Of a DNA stretch of 61,379 nt, positions 1 through 9,730 are shown in pieces. The notes beneath the pieces are model-generated. The model made no database searches. It saw nothing but the letters and a program-made list of their open reading frames with translations, and had not been told where the DNA came from. Source of the stretch: Candidatus Heimdallarchaeota archaeon (GTDB taxonomy: Archaea > Asgardarchaeota > Heimdallarchaeia > Heimdallarchaeales > Kariarchaeaceae). Where the stretch lies: positions 1 to 61,379 of the forward strand of contig WAKA01000126.1 in the NCBI GenBank assembly GCA_015523565.1, given 5' to 3'. Both the position numbers and the translations under genes were made by a program. Each line of letters starts with the position of its first letter. The first letter of the stretch is position 1.

Positions 1-392
1 TGCCTAAACTTCCCAAAGAGGAAATAAAAGAGCTGTTTGAAATAATCAAAAACGGCAATCCCAGCGATAAGGTTCGAGCGGTTCAGCGCTTGGGAAGGAT
101 ACGGAGGGAAGAATGTGTTGAGCCACTTCTATATGCCTTGAAAGACGAATATTATCTTACCCGAATGGTTGCAGTTCAAAGCCTTTCTTGGATTGCTGAT
201 GAACGAATGATTGACCCATTAATTGAAATCCTTCTTCATGATGAGAATCCCAAAGTTCGTTTTCAGGCCGCAGAGGCACTAGCCCCCTTAATTCAGGATC
301 ATCCAAAAATTCTGTCTGCTTTCAGGAAAGTGGAAGTCAATGGGTTGGACTTGCCAGAATTCAAGGATTTAATCAAAACTGTCTTATCATAG
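1..392 (+). CDS. HEAT-repeat (PBS lyase-like) protein, 5' end at window edge
   Basis: Frame is open from base 3 (PKLPKEEIKELF...), and bases 1-2 'TG' are probably the end of the ATG. HEAT-like units: VRAVQRLG, TRMVAVQSLS, VRFQAAEALA. Confidence 0.8.
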   Translation, partial: PKLPKEEIKELFEIIKNGNPSDKVRAVQRLGRIRREECVEPLLYALKDEYYLTRMVAVQSLSWIADERMIDPLIEILLHDENPKVRFQAAEALAPLIQDHPKILSAFRKVEVNGLDLPEFKDLIKTVLS

Positions 393-394
393 CA

Positions 395-1345
395 TTGAAA
401 CTTAAAAGTATGGTATTTTATTTTCTCAAGCTTAATTGGGAAGGGATTCCTCCACACCCCTATATCCTTGTTGCTGATGAAACGGGAAAAATAGAAAAAA
501 GAGAGCTGATACATGGCGAAACCATTAATTTGAAAATCAATGATCTGGGTTTTTGTATTGGCACAGAATTAGATAGGGGGGTGTGGATATCATGTCAAGA
601 AAACCAATCTCGACATGGCAAGACAAAACGAGATCACCCGAATGAAGTCACTCAGGGAAACCAATGTTCCCTTTGTCTTTCAGAAGATTTCTTTTCATGC
701 AGGAAAATCTGTACTGGTAATTTTTGTAATCCCTCATCTCAAAAAGCATTTGACCTATGCCAACCTGCCGAAACCGCGGTTTACTTGACCAAAATTGGAG
801 ACAAGAACAAAGTTGGTGTTTCCCTTAATCCTCTGAAGAGATGGGTTGAACAAGGAAGTGATTTTGCCACATGGGTTATCAAACTCCCAGGTTTGGAGGC
901 AAGGAAGGTTGAACATGAAATCTCAGGGGCATTTAACTTCAGTTTGCAAGTCAGCTCAAAATACAAGTCCAGTCAATTGCATCAAAAAATGGATGGCAAA
1001 TCATTAGAGGAACTTGAAATGGCTATTGAAGCGGTAAAACAAACTGGCACTGCTATTGCAAAGGAAAGGGGCAAACCTGTTGTGGTCAATCCCGATCCTA
1101 CCTTTCAGTCGCTTTCAAAATATTATGGGGATTTGGATGCAATCTCTCGTCCTGTCCAGGAAATTAAGATCGATAGGGGTGTTGAAATCGGAGGTAAGAT
1201 AATTGCCATAAAGGGGCCATTAATCGTAATTGAAAAAAATGGCTACTTTTTCAGTGTCAATTCTAAAAAATTAAGTGGATGCAGTTTTACTGAAATTGAA
1301 AATGCAAATGTCAAAACTCAATTTTCACTGGATGATTGGTTTTGA
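395..1345 (+). CDS. DUF2797-family protein (Cys-rich, GIY-YIG-like region) with C-terminal PIP box
   Basis: CxxC clusters, VYL...KVGVS...RWVEQG...EARKVE pattern typical of DUF2797. C-terminus QFSLDDWF. Confidence 0.75.
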   Translation: MKLKSMVFYFLKLNWEGIPPHPYILVADETGKIEKRELIHGETINLKINDLGFCIGTELDRGVWISCQENQSRHGKTKRDHPNEVTQGNQCSLCLSEDFFSCRKICTGNFCNPSSQKAFDLCQPAETAVYLTKIGDKNKVGVSLNPLKRWVEQGSDFATWVIKLPGLEARKVEHEISGAFNFSLQVSSKYKSSQLHQKMDGKSLEELEMAIEAVKQTGTAIAKERGKPVVVNPDPTFQSLSKYYGDLDAISRPVQEIKIDRGVEIGGKIIAIKGPLIVIEKNGYFFSVNSKKLSGCSFTEIENANVKTQFSLDDWF

Positions 1346-1391
1346 AAAAATACAAAGCTCTATTAAGTTCTAATCAAACACTGAAAATGCA

Positions 1392-4148
1392 ATGGAAAAG
1401 AAATGGATAACCCACACGCCCATGATGAGACAATGGAGTCAAATGAAAACAGATTTGGGCGAGGATGTCATTCTTTTTTGCCGAATTGGCGATTTTTATG
1501 AGCTTTTCTATGAAGATGCAGAAATTGGTGCACGAGAACTGGATATTGCTTTAACCTCCCGAAAAATAGGAAATTCCGCTCACCCGCTCGCGGGTGTACC
1601 TGTTAGGAGTATAGATTCATATGTAAGCAGACTCGTTTCTAAAGGATATAAGGTTGCCATTGCAGACCAATTAGAAGACCCCAAAGCAGTAAAAGGGGTT
1701 GTTAAAAGGGGCATCACAAGAATTGTAACAAGGGGAACTATTGTTGATGAATCTCTCTTGAACGCGGGAAAAAACAACTACATCGCCTCTATTCTGGAAG
1801 TAAAAAGCAGATCTGGAAAGGAATTTGGTCTTGCAGTTGCAGACCTGTCTGTAGGTGACTTTTTTGTTAAGGAATTCAAAGGGCCTGATGCAGAAACATT
1901 GCTTAAATATGCTCTTGACATTACTTCCCCCGTAGAATTTGTTTATCCTGACCAGATGGAGGATCGTATTAAAGTTTACTTGAATGATGACATAAAATCA
2001 GAATATACTTTAACGGCTCGTCCTGATTTTTGGTTCGACCCTGTTGAGGCTACAGAGGTTTTATGGACTCATTTCAATGTCAGTTCGTTGAAAGGCTATG
2101 GTATCGAAGATCAAAGCATTGCTGCCCGAGTAGCTGGCGCTCTTTTGAGATATCTGAAAGAAACACAGATGAGACCTATTAGTAATATAACAAAAATGCA
2201 AATTCTAAATCTTAGCAATGTCATGATGCTTGATAAAAATGTGTTGAGAAGTCTAGAGGTCTTTGAAAATACTTTGGACCGTAGTGAAGTCGGCACCTTG
2301 GTTGAACTCATGGACAATACGGCTACAGCTATGGGAAGCAGACTATTGCGAAGATGGTTGGCGGCTCCTCTTGTCGATCCGAAAGAAATTTTGAAAAGAT
2401 GGTCTATTGTAGAAAAACTTCTTGAATCAGAAATTGAACAGCACTCATTACGCTCAATTTTGCAATCAATCCATGACATCGAAAGAATTGCGACAAGGAT
2501 TTCATTGAAACTTGTTCGTCCAGCAGAACTTATTAAATTAAAGGAGTCATTAAGTTTTCTCCCCCAGATTACTGCAATTCTAGATGAAATCCGCACTAAT
2601 CCTGGAATAAATGACCTCCTTGAAAATTTTGATACCTTGGAGGATATTCATGAATTTCTTTCAAAATGGATCTATCCTGAACCTGCGGCTTCTCCCTCTG
2701 ACGGTTCAGTCATTGCTTTTGGTGTCAACAGCCGTCTTGATGAACTTCGGAAAATCCTTGAAGAAGGTGAAAGATGGGTAAAACGCTATGAGGAAGAACA
2801 AATAAGGAAAACTGGAATCACTTCACTTAAGGTTAAACAAAATAGACAATTGGGATATTACATTGAAGTTACAAGAAAAAACACAAGCAAAGTGCCATCC
2901 CATTATGTCAGCAGGCAGGCGATGGTCAATGCTGTCAGGTATGTTACTGATGAACTTAAGCAATGGGAGAGCAATATTCTCAATGCAGAAATTGAGATTG
3001 TCGAGTTGGAAAATGAATTGTACTCAATGGTTCTTGAGAATCTGGGTAAGCACTTCGAACGAATTCACGAAACAGGACAAAAGCTTGCCTACATAGATTG
3101 CCTATCAAACTTTGCGTATCTTGCTTCTACAAATAACTATTCAAAACCAGAGCTTGTAGATGGCACTTCATTGCTTCTTCAAGGCGGTCGTCATCCTGTA
3201 ATTGAATCTTTCCAAAACTCACAAGCATATGTCCCAAATGACGTTCGGCTTGACAAGATTAACAATCAACTTTTAATCATCACGGGACCAAATTACAGTG
3301 GTAAAAGTTCATTGCTACGAATGGTTGCTTTGAATATCATAATGGCCCAAACAGGTTCATTTGTTCCCGCGAGCAATATGAAACTTGGAATATTTGACAG
3401 GATATTCACAAGAATCGGTGCCTCTGATAATCTAATAGCAGGTCAAAGCACTTTCATGGTTGAAATGCTTGATGCGGCAAACTTTGTGAACAATTCCACA
3501 AATCGATCACTAATCATCGCGGATGAAATTGGTCGCGGGACATCAACCTATGATGGGTTGGCAATTGCATGGGCAATAGCTGAATATCTTCACAATTCTG
3601 AGAAGAAACCATTGACAATGATTGCTACACATTATCACCAACTTTCAGAATTGGAAGGGTATCTGGAAAGGGCGAAAAACTATCATTTCCAAATCAGCTT
3701 TGATGGGGAACGCCCAATTTTTAATCATAAACTATTCCGAGGAAGTTCTGACAAAAGTTTTGGCGTTGAGGTTGCAAAACTTGCTGGACTTCCACTAGAC
3801 CTGATTGTACGAGCAAGGTTCATATTGTCTATTTTGGAATCACAAGCTTCAACCATTGAAATTGAACAAATCGACACCTCCGTTGCCAATAAAATAAAGG
3901 TTGCAACAGAATTGGAGGAACAACAGGCAAGTTTGGCTTCTTGGATTGATGCAGATCCACCTTCCCAACCAAAGAAAAAGGAATCTTCTCAGAAGAGAAA
4001 AGAGAAAAAAACAACTGTCCTGCAATTGACACCCAACCAATTAGAAGTAATTGAAACGATCAAAAGCATTTCAATTGAAAATCTGACTCCAATTCGTGCA
4101 CTTCAATTAATGGAGGAACTGAAAAATCTTCTGATGAGGGACGAATAA
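1392..4148 (+). CDS. mutS: DNA mismatch repair protein MutS (MutS1)
   Basis: TPMMRQW, GDFYELF (Phe-X-Glu), Walker A TGPNYSGKS, STFMVEM, DEIGRGTST, SFGVEVAKLAGLP. Confidence 0.97.
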   Translation: MEKKWITHTPMMRQWSQMKTDLGEDVILFCRIGDFYELFYEDAEIGARELDIALTSRKIGNSAHPLAGVPVRSIDSYVSRLVSKGYKVAIADQLEDPKAVKGVVKRGITRIVTRGTIVDESLLNAGKNNYIASILEVKSRSGKEFGLAVADLSVGDFFVKEFKGPDAETLLKYALDITSPVEFVYPDQMEDRIKVYLNDDIKSEYTLTARPDFWFDPVEATEVLWTHFNVSSLKGYGIEDQSIAARVAGALLRYLKETQMRPISNITKMQILNLSNVMMLDKNVLRSLEVFENTLDRSEVGTLVELMDNTATAMGSRLLRRWLAAPLVDPKEILKRWSIVEKLLESEIEQHSLRSILQSIHDIERIATRISLKLVRPAELIKLKESLSFLPQITAILDEIRTNPGINDLLENFDTLEDIHEFLSKWIYPEPAASPSDGSVIAFGVNSRLDELRKILEEGERWVKRYEEEQIRKTGITSLKVKQNRQLGYYIEVTRKNTSKVPSHYVSRQAMVNAVRYVTDELKQWESNILNAEIEIVELENELYSMVLENLGKHFERIHETGQKLAYIDCLSNFAYLASTNNYSKPELVDGTSLLLQGGRHPVIESFQNSQAYVPNDVRLDKINNQLLIITGPNYSGKSSLLRMVALNIIMAQTGSFVPASNMKLGIFDRIFTRIGASDNLIAGQSTFMVEMLDAANFVNNSTNRSLIIADEIGRGTSTYDGLAIAWAIAEYLHNSEKKPLTMIATHYHQLSELEGYLERAKNYHFQISFDGERPIFNHKLFRGSSDKSFGVEVAKLAGLPLDLIVRARFILSILESQASTIEIEQIDTSVANKIKVATELEEQQASLASWIDADPPSQPKKKESSQKRKEKKTTVLQLTPNQLEVIETIKSISIENLTPIRALQLMEELKNLLMRDE

Positions 4149-5947
4149 TGGGATTAATCAAGGAAATTCCTCCAAACCTAGTTCGAAAAATTGCTGCAGG
4201 GGAAGTGATTACTCGCCCTGTAGATATAATCAAAGAGCTTATCGAAAACTCCATTGATGCTGATTCGTCAAAAATCAATGTGGTATTTGAAAATGGAGGC
4301 ATAGATCGAATAATCGTTGAAGACAATGGTTCGGGCATTCCAAAGGAAGATGTGGAATTTGCATTTAAACTACACACTTCAAGTAAGATAGATGAAAACA
4401 AGCTCTTTTCAGTTCCAACCTTGGGTTTTAGAGGGGAGGCGCTCTCGTCAATTTCCATCGTGTCAAAAATTAGGTGCAAAACCAGATATCATAAAGAGGA
4501 AGAAGGAACAGAATTAATCTTGGAAGCAGGAAAAGTAATCAAGAAATCCCCAATAAAATTCTCTCAAGGTACTAGGATGGAAATCACGGGTTTGTTTCAT
4601 AATGTCCCCGCTCGCCGCAAATTCCTAAAAAGCCCCCAAACAGAAAAAAGGCAAATTGTCACAGTCTTTACTCATTTTGCATTGATGTACCCCTCCATTC
4701 ATTTCATTCTTATGGAAATCAAAAATGGTAGACAGACCAAAGTTCTGGAAAGTCCATCTAGGTCCAAATTCTTATCTGTGGTCTATGATGTCTTGGGCGC
4801 CGATATTGCATCAAATCTGATTCATGTGGAAGGAAATGCAGGTCGATGGGCTGTTGACGGGTTTGTTTCAATTCCATCATATATTAGAAAAGACAGAAGC
4901 CAACAATTTGTTTCTGTCAATGGTCGCATGGTAAGACATTCAGATATCAATAAAACCATTGAAGAAGCATATGGCTCAAGATTACTCAAAGGAAACCATC
5001 CAATTATCATAGTAAAGTTAGAGGGAGAACATGAGTGGGTTGACTATAATGTTCATCCACAAAAGCTTGAAATTCGGTTTTCTGCTTCTGATCCCATATT
5101 GTTTGAATTAAAGGAATTAATAAGCCAAACACTTGATGCCAGTTCCGAACTTCCCAAATTGGACAGGAAAAAAGCTCCAAAGGTAAAAGAGACCCCTGAA
5201 ATTGCTTCAAATGAAACAACAAAAATAGGTGTTGCAAAACCTGTTGTTGAGACAACTTCATCGTTTACGCAAATGTCTTTGTCAGATACAATGTCTTTGG
5301 AAAAAGCATCAAAGAATTCCAAGTTGCCTGTAGCAGCAGAAGTCAAAGGTGGCTTTAGAATACTAGGGCATATAATGAAGAAATTCGCGTTAATAGAAAA
5401 AGATGATGAATTGTGGGTGATGGATGTTCATGCATCTGATGAGCGGGTAAAATTCGAACAATACGAATCAATGAAGAACAGACTAGTGATGTCTCAGTCT
5501 CTTTTATCTCCTGTTCGTTTCAACCTTACCGAAAATGATCGTTCCGCTTTAATTGAACATTTGGAACCGCTAAAAAAATTTGGATTGGAAATTTCACTTG
5601 GTGAACGCTCAGAAGTACTGGTTCATAGTGTTCCTGTTTATTTTGATCAGGATATAACAAGAGATAGCCTCAAAAGCCTGTTGCTTGATTTCTCTGCCTA
5701 TGTTCAAGAATTTGGAGACAAACGGGTCAATACCCCTCTTGACAGTATTGAATATCGCGTTGTCGCAAGACTGGCTTGCCATGGTGCAGTTAGGTCTGGC
5801 TATCATGTAAGTGATGCAAAAATTGCGGAGATCCTAAAAAATCTCATGAAATGCAAAAATCCATGGACATGTGCGCACGGGCGACCAACAATTTTAAGAA
5901 TAGATCTAGGTACGATCGAAAGTTGGTTCAAAAGAACTGGTCAATAA
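4148..5947 (+). CDS. mutL: DNA mismatch repair endonuclease MutL
   Basis: IAAGEVI, KELIENSIDA, GFRGEAL. C-terminal endonuclease motifs DVHASDERVKFE, ACH and CAHGRP. Start overlaps the mutS stop (TAATG). Confidence 0.97.
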   Translation: MGLIKEIPPNLVRKIAAGEVITRPVDIIKELIENSIDADSSKINVVFENGGIDRIIVEDNGSGIPKEDVEFAFKLHTSSKIDENKLFSVPTLGFRGEALSSISIVSKIRCKTRYHKEEEGTELILEAGKVIKKSPIKFSQGTRMEITGLFHNVPARRKFLKSPQTEKRQIVTVFTHFALMYPSIHFILMEIKNGRQTKVLESPSRSKFLSVVYDVLGADIASNLIHVEGNAGRWAVDGFVSIPSYIRKDRSQQFVSVNGRMVRHSDINKTIEEAYGSRLLKGNHPIIIVKLEGEHEWVDYNVHPQKLEIRFSASDPILFELKELISQTLDASSELPKLDRKKAPKVKETPEIASNETTKIGVAKPVVETTSSFTQMSLSDTMSLEKASKNSKLPVAAEVKGGFRILGHIMKKFALIEKDDELWVMDVHASDERVKFEQYESMKNRLVMSQSLLSPVRFNLTENDRSALIEHLEPLKKFGLEISLGERSEVLVHSVPVYFDQDITRDSLKSLLLDFSAYVQEFGDKRVNTPLDSIEYRVVARLACHGAVRSGYHVSDAKIAEILKNLMKCKNPWTCAHGRPTILRIDLGTIESWFKRTGQ

Positions 5948-7153
5948 CTATTGATTGTTATTGTTTGACATTCTCGATTCCAATAGTACCTTTAATTCAG
6001 TCTCAAATCCCAAAGTTTTGAGTGTAAGGGGTAAAAAGTCATATTCCTTGATATATCTAATATTTTGGATGCTCATTGTATATGTCTTTGGTTCATCGAT
6101 TATGTAATCATGTTTCAAATAATATCTCATCAATTCATCATGTGCATTGTTGAATTCCTCAAAACTCCGATGAGCGGAGATAATAAACCCGTCCAAATTT
6201 TTGGAAACATAGAAGAAAGGCGCTAACAGATTTCTCACCATTTCTGCAGCTTCCTGCCTTTGTCTCATTGTGGTTCTGGGATTGAATTTCCTGTAAGAAA
6301 ACACTAAGATTTTCATTCCCAGCTTTTGAAGGTCTGGTACCGCTCTTGGGAAACAAATGTTTTGTGCAAGGAATTTTCTTTTGGCATTTGCAACAGTGTT
6401 TCTTGAAACTCCCACCTCTTCTGCAATTAATGTATCCGATTCTTCAGGGAATTGGACAAGACCAGTCAAGACTTTCTTCTCTGCCTTTGTTAATTTGACA
6501 GGCTTGACCTTTCCAGTCGGTATTGTTTTTCTTTTCTCATAAGGTTCAGAGGCAAATCCAAATGTTTTTGCAACTAAACTCTCATAATCCATGAATGCAC
6601 GAATTCTCGTAATTTCAAATGGAAAGTGAACAACGTCCATTCCATTCTTGTCCAAAAATTTATTGTCAGAATACAGTTGAATGAACTTCTCTTGATTCTT
6701 TGCATATTCCGTAAGGTTCTTGCTGGCAGACAAATTGAATGCCTTGTTCGACTCACTGGCAATATGGAAATCCTCAACAAAAGATTGAAGCAAGTTCTTT
6801 GCCACTCGCATTCTTTCCTCTATGGTTGTAAATCGGTTCAAATGCCCATGCATCGCCACCAAAAGTTCCAATCCAATCTTTGGAAAATTCGGTACATAGT
6901 ACCGCTTGTAATATCCATTTTCCTTCAATCGTGTCTTAATGGAGGAAAAGGTGGACTTTTTCATGCCAATCTGTGAATGAACTGCTTGATCTGTTAAATC
7001 TGGCCATTTGATCAATGAATGCAAAACTCTTGCTTCATTTTGACTCAATCCGCTTACGCGATCTTCATTTAGGCTCCATTCATCATATCTCTGCATAGTA
7101 TACAACGGAATTAGGTAGTTGATCTTAAAAAACGTTTTGAAAATTTTCACCAA
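5948..7153 (-). CDS. Tandem-duplicated Lrp/AsnC-like winged-helix regulator
   Basis: Two similar halves: LSQNEARVLHSLIKWPDLTDQAVHSQIGMKKSTF...PNFPKIG and LTKAEKKVLTGLVQFPEESDTLIAEEVGVSRNTV...PDLQKLG. The true start is probably the later ATG (MQRYDE). Confidence 0.7.
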   Translation of the reverse strand: MVKIFKTFFKINYLIPLYTMQRYDEWSLNEDRVSGLSQNEARVLHSLIKWPDLTDQAVHSQIGMKKSTFSSIKTRLKENGYYKRYYVPNFPKIGLELLVAMHGHLNRFTTIEERMRVAKNLLQSFVEDFHIASESNKAFNLSASKNLTEYAKNQEKFIQLYSDNKFLDKNGMDVVHFPFEITRIRAFMDYESLVAKTFGFASEPYEKRKTIPTGKVKPVKLTKAEKKVLTGLVQFPEESDTLIAEEVGVSRNTVANAKRKFLAQNICFPRAVPDLQKLGMKILVFSYRKFNPRTTMRQRQEAAEMVRNLLAPFFYVSKNLDGFIISAHRSFEEFNNAHDELMRYYLKHDYIIDEPKTYTMSIQNIRYIKEYDFLPLTLKTLGFETELKVLLESRMSNNNNQ

Positions 7154-7396
7154 TCCAAAATCTGGAAAAATTCTTAATTTAGGTGTAGATTCTTACCGTG
7201 TACGCATAGTAATGGGATTTATAATGTAGTGTAAATTGTCGTGTTTGATCCTTTCGTTTTACAATATTCCTAATTGCCATTGTAAATCCAACTTAAATTC
7301 ATCCCTTTTAAAATTAATGAATTTTGTTTTTCATAATTCCAAATTTATTGACTTCAAGAAGAAAGACTTAAGGGAGTCATTGCTAATTAAGACATA

Positions 7397-7990
7397 GTGT
7401 CTTCAGAAATAAGAAGCTTTATTCGCCAAATTGAAAAATGGGTTGAAACCGATCCTGAAAAGGCATTGTCAGAGGGAATTACAGCAATTCAAAAAGAAGA
7501 TAGACTATTCAATTTTGAAGGGTCATATATCATTGCATCAAAACTTGCAGAAATTCTTGAACAATTGGGTGACAAAACGAGAGCTGCCAAAATGGCGGGA
7601 ATTGCGGCTATTAGAGCAACATTTCTGAACAATCCAATCGAGGAAAAAAAATCTTTGGCAAAATTGGATCCCGAAAGACCAATTTCATTGTTTGCTAATT
7701 CTATTGTAGATGGGAAAGGGGACGATAGTCACAAACACTACTACTTGCTTGAATTGGAACAGCAATCCCTTTGGGGGGATTTCAAAAAACTTACCCCTTT
7801 ACCGTTCATTGATTTTGAAAATGCCGATGAGGCAAAAATGATTTTGGAGGATTATTTTCCAAATGCAATCTATCATTTGCATATGATTGAAAGAAATACA
7901 CATCAAAAAAGGAGAATAGATATCCCCGTTGGACAGTTGGAGGAATTGGACGTAATTGAAACAGTTCGAACGGTTATAATTAAAATTTAA
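7397..7990 (+). CDS. Hypothetical protein with helical, TPR-like N-terminus
   Basis: 197-aa ORF, first of a co-directional five-gene cluster. No family recognised. Confidence 0.6.
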   Translation: MSSEIRSFIRQIEKWVETDPEKALSEGITAIQKEDRLFNFEGSYIIASKLAEILEQLGDKTRAAKMAGIAAIRATFLNNPIEEKKSLAKLDPERPISLFANSIVDGKGDDSHKHYYLLELEQQSLWGDFKKLTPLPFIDFENADEAKMILEDYFPNAIYHLHMIERNTHQKRRIDIPVGQLEELDVIETVRTVIIKI

Positions 7991-8061
7991 GAGTAAAGAA
8001 AAAGCATGCTGTCAATCCAGATGCACAATAAATTTTAAGGTTGAAAACAGTGTGATATTGA

Positions 8062-9687
8062 ATGAGCTTTGGCAAAAAACCATTGGGCAAGGCAATTTGG
8101 GGTACAACAACCTATCGAGTTCTATTAGAGACTTCCTCACAAGCATTTACAGAAGACATGACTGGTACACTTACGTTATATGAAAGAAGATGGGTTTCTC
8201 AACGTGCAGACTTTGAAAGTAGGAGTGAAATGATAAATGCTCTTCGAGAAATGTGGGAATCCTCATTAAGACAAGGGATTATACAGGATGCAAGATTTGC
8301 AAGATGGTTAGAGGAATATCTAAATGAAATTGGTATTGCTGTAGAATACGAAGATGTCTTAAAAGCAGTAAAAGGGGAAAAGTCAGATGTGGAAAAGTCT
8401 CATCTTTCTCCTGATGAGCTTGTTGAAGTATTAGGCAACGAAAAAGAGATGAAAGATGAGGAATTGAAGGAAATTTCAGAATCTTTTGATGGGATTGTCA
8501 CGACAGGTGTTTCTGTTGGATTTAATAGGGAAATTGCTATAGAGGAAACAGAAGAAATCCTTAGCACTCTAGTTGAAAAATATAAAACAAAGGCAAGGCT
8601 AACAACTTCTACAATTGTAAAATTCAAGGATCTTCAGGGTGAAGAAAGAACTATCCAATCAGAGGCGCCCATTATTTCTTCGCCTACAATTGGGGCAATG
8701 GTTCTCACAAGGGATTTTGTCAATTCATTCGGTTCCGAAATAGATTATTTGGAAATGGAAATTGTAATTCCATATGAATATGAAATCCACAATTTTATTG
8801 TCGATGGATCACTTTCTCGAATTGCAGAAATTGAAACTCCTGATGGTGTTCTTGTTAAGTGGAAATGCGAAAAACTCAAACCAGGGCAAAAGGTAGGGCT
8901 TACATATCACTTACTCCCCCGTATTACTCGAACAATTATCATTCAAACTCCCAAGATGGCCCAGATATTTCGGGTCTATGAAAAAATTGAGAAAAACAAT
9001 GGCTTGTTTGTAAGTGAGACCAAAATCAGTAATCCAACTTCTGAAACTATCTCTTCTGTTGCAGTTCTCGACCAAATTCCTCGATTTTTGAGCATAAGCC
9101 ATTCTTCTCCCCCCATCAATCCTCCATTGGCAACCACAAATGTAACGGAAGACAATTTTGAAGTCAATTGGTTATTTCAGAACCTGGCGCCAGATGGTTC
9201 ATTGGAAATACAGTATGAGCTACAAGAACGGCCTTATGTTGTGAGAGACATATATCTTGTCAAGACTCCAGAATCTGTTCCGATATTGGAAGGGCTCAAA
9301 ATAACGAAACCACTGAAAAGACAATCTGGTTATGGGGTTATCTTTGGATGTAGGGGTCTAAGACCAATTAATGAGCCAATAACAATTATTGATGAGCTTC
9401 CCAAGCACATGAGTGTTTCAATCATTGACATGACTTCCGGAGACATGTCTGTAACTGAAGAACGGGGTCGAATCCTTGTTAAATGGGAGCTTGAAAGATT
9501 GGAAAAAGATAAGGAGGAATTTGCATATCTCCGCTATAAATCAGAGGAAACATATGAGAATACCTCCCTAAACATTATGATAAAGGAAAATGAACCTGAA
9601 AGAATATTGGATTCGGAAACCAATAGGAAAGTTGATTCCATTGTTCTACCCCATAAATTCATAGAAGAGGTGGATACGCAATTCTGA
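8062..9687 (+). CDS. Cytoplasmic multi-beta-sandwich (Ig-like / mu-homology-like) protein
   Basis: Repeated [VI]xDx[IL]P...xW.....L.P......Y units (VLDQIPRFL...VNWLFQNLAPDGSLEIQY; IIDELPKHM...VKWELERL). No signal peptide. Resembles the 31085 ORF. Confidence 0.6.
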   Translation: MSFGKKPLGKAIWGTTTYRVLLETSSQAFTEDMTGTLTLYERRWVSQRADFESRSEMINALREMWESSLRQGIIQDARFARWLEEYLNEIGIAVEYEDVLKAVKGEKSDVEKSHLSPDELVEVLGNEKEMKDEELKEISESFDGIVTTGVSVGFNREIAIEETEEILSTLVEKYKTKARLTTSTIVKFKDLQGEERTIQSEAPIISSPTIGAMVLTRDFVNSFGSEIDYLEMEIVIPYEYEIHNFIVDGSLSRIAEIETPDGVLVKWKCEKLKPGQKVGLTYHLLPRITRTIIIQTPKMAQIFRVYEKIEKNNGLFVSETKISNPTSETISSVAVLDQIPRFLSISHSSPPINPPLATTNVTEDNFEVNWLFQNLAPDGSLEIQYELQERPYVVRDIYLVKTPESVPILEGLKITKPLKRQSGYGVIFGCRGLRPINEPITIIDELPKHMSVSIIDMTSGDMSVTEERGRILVKWELERLEKDKEEFAYLRYKSEETYENTSLNIMIKENEPERILDSETNRKVDSIVLPHKFIEEVDTQF

Positions 9688-9730
9688 TTGGTAATTACGT
9701 ACCCTTTTAATTGTTGTAATTAATAATAAT

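Noticed and set aside
7757-7785. PIP box in the 7397 protein (QQSLWGDF)
   Set aside because: Internal position and only a partial match, so it is too weak without conservation data.
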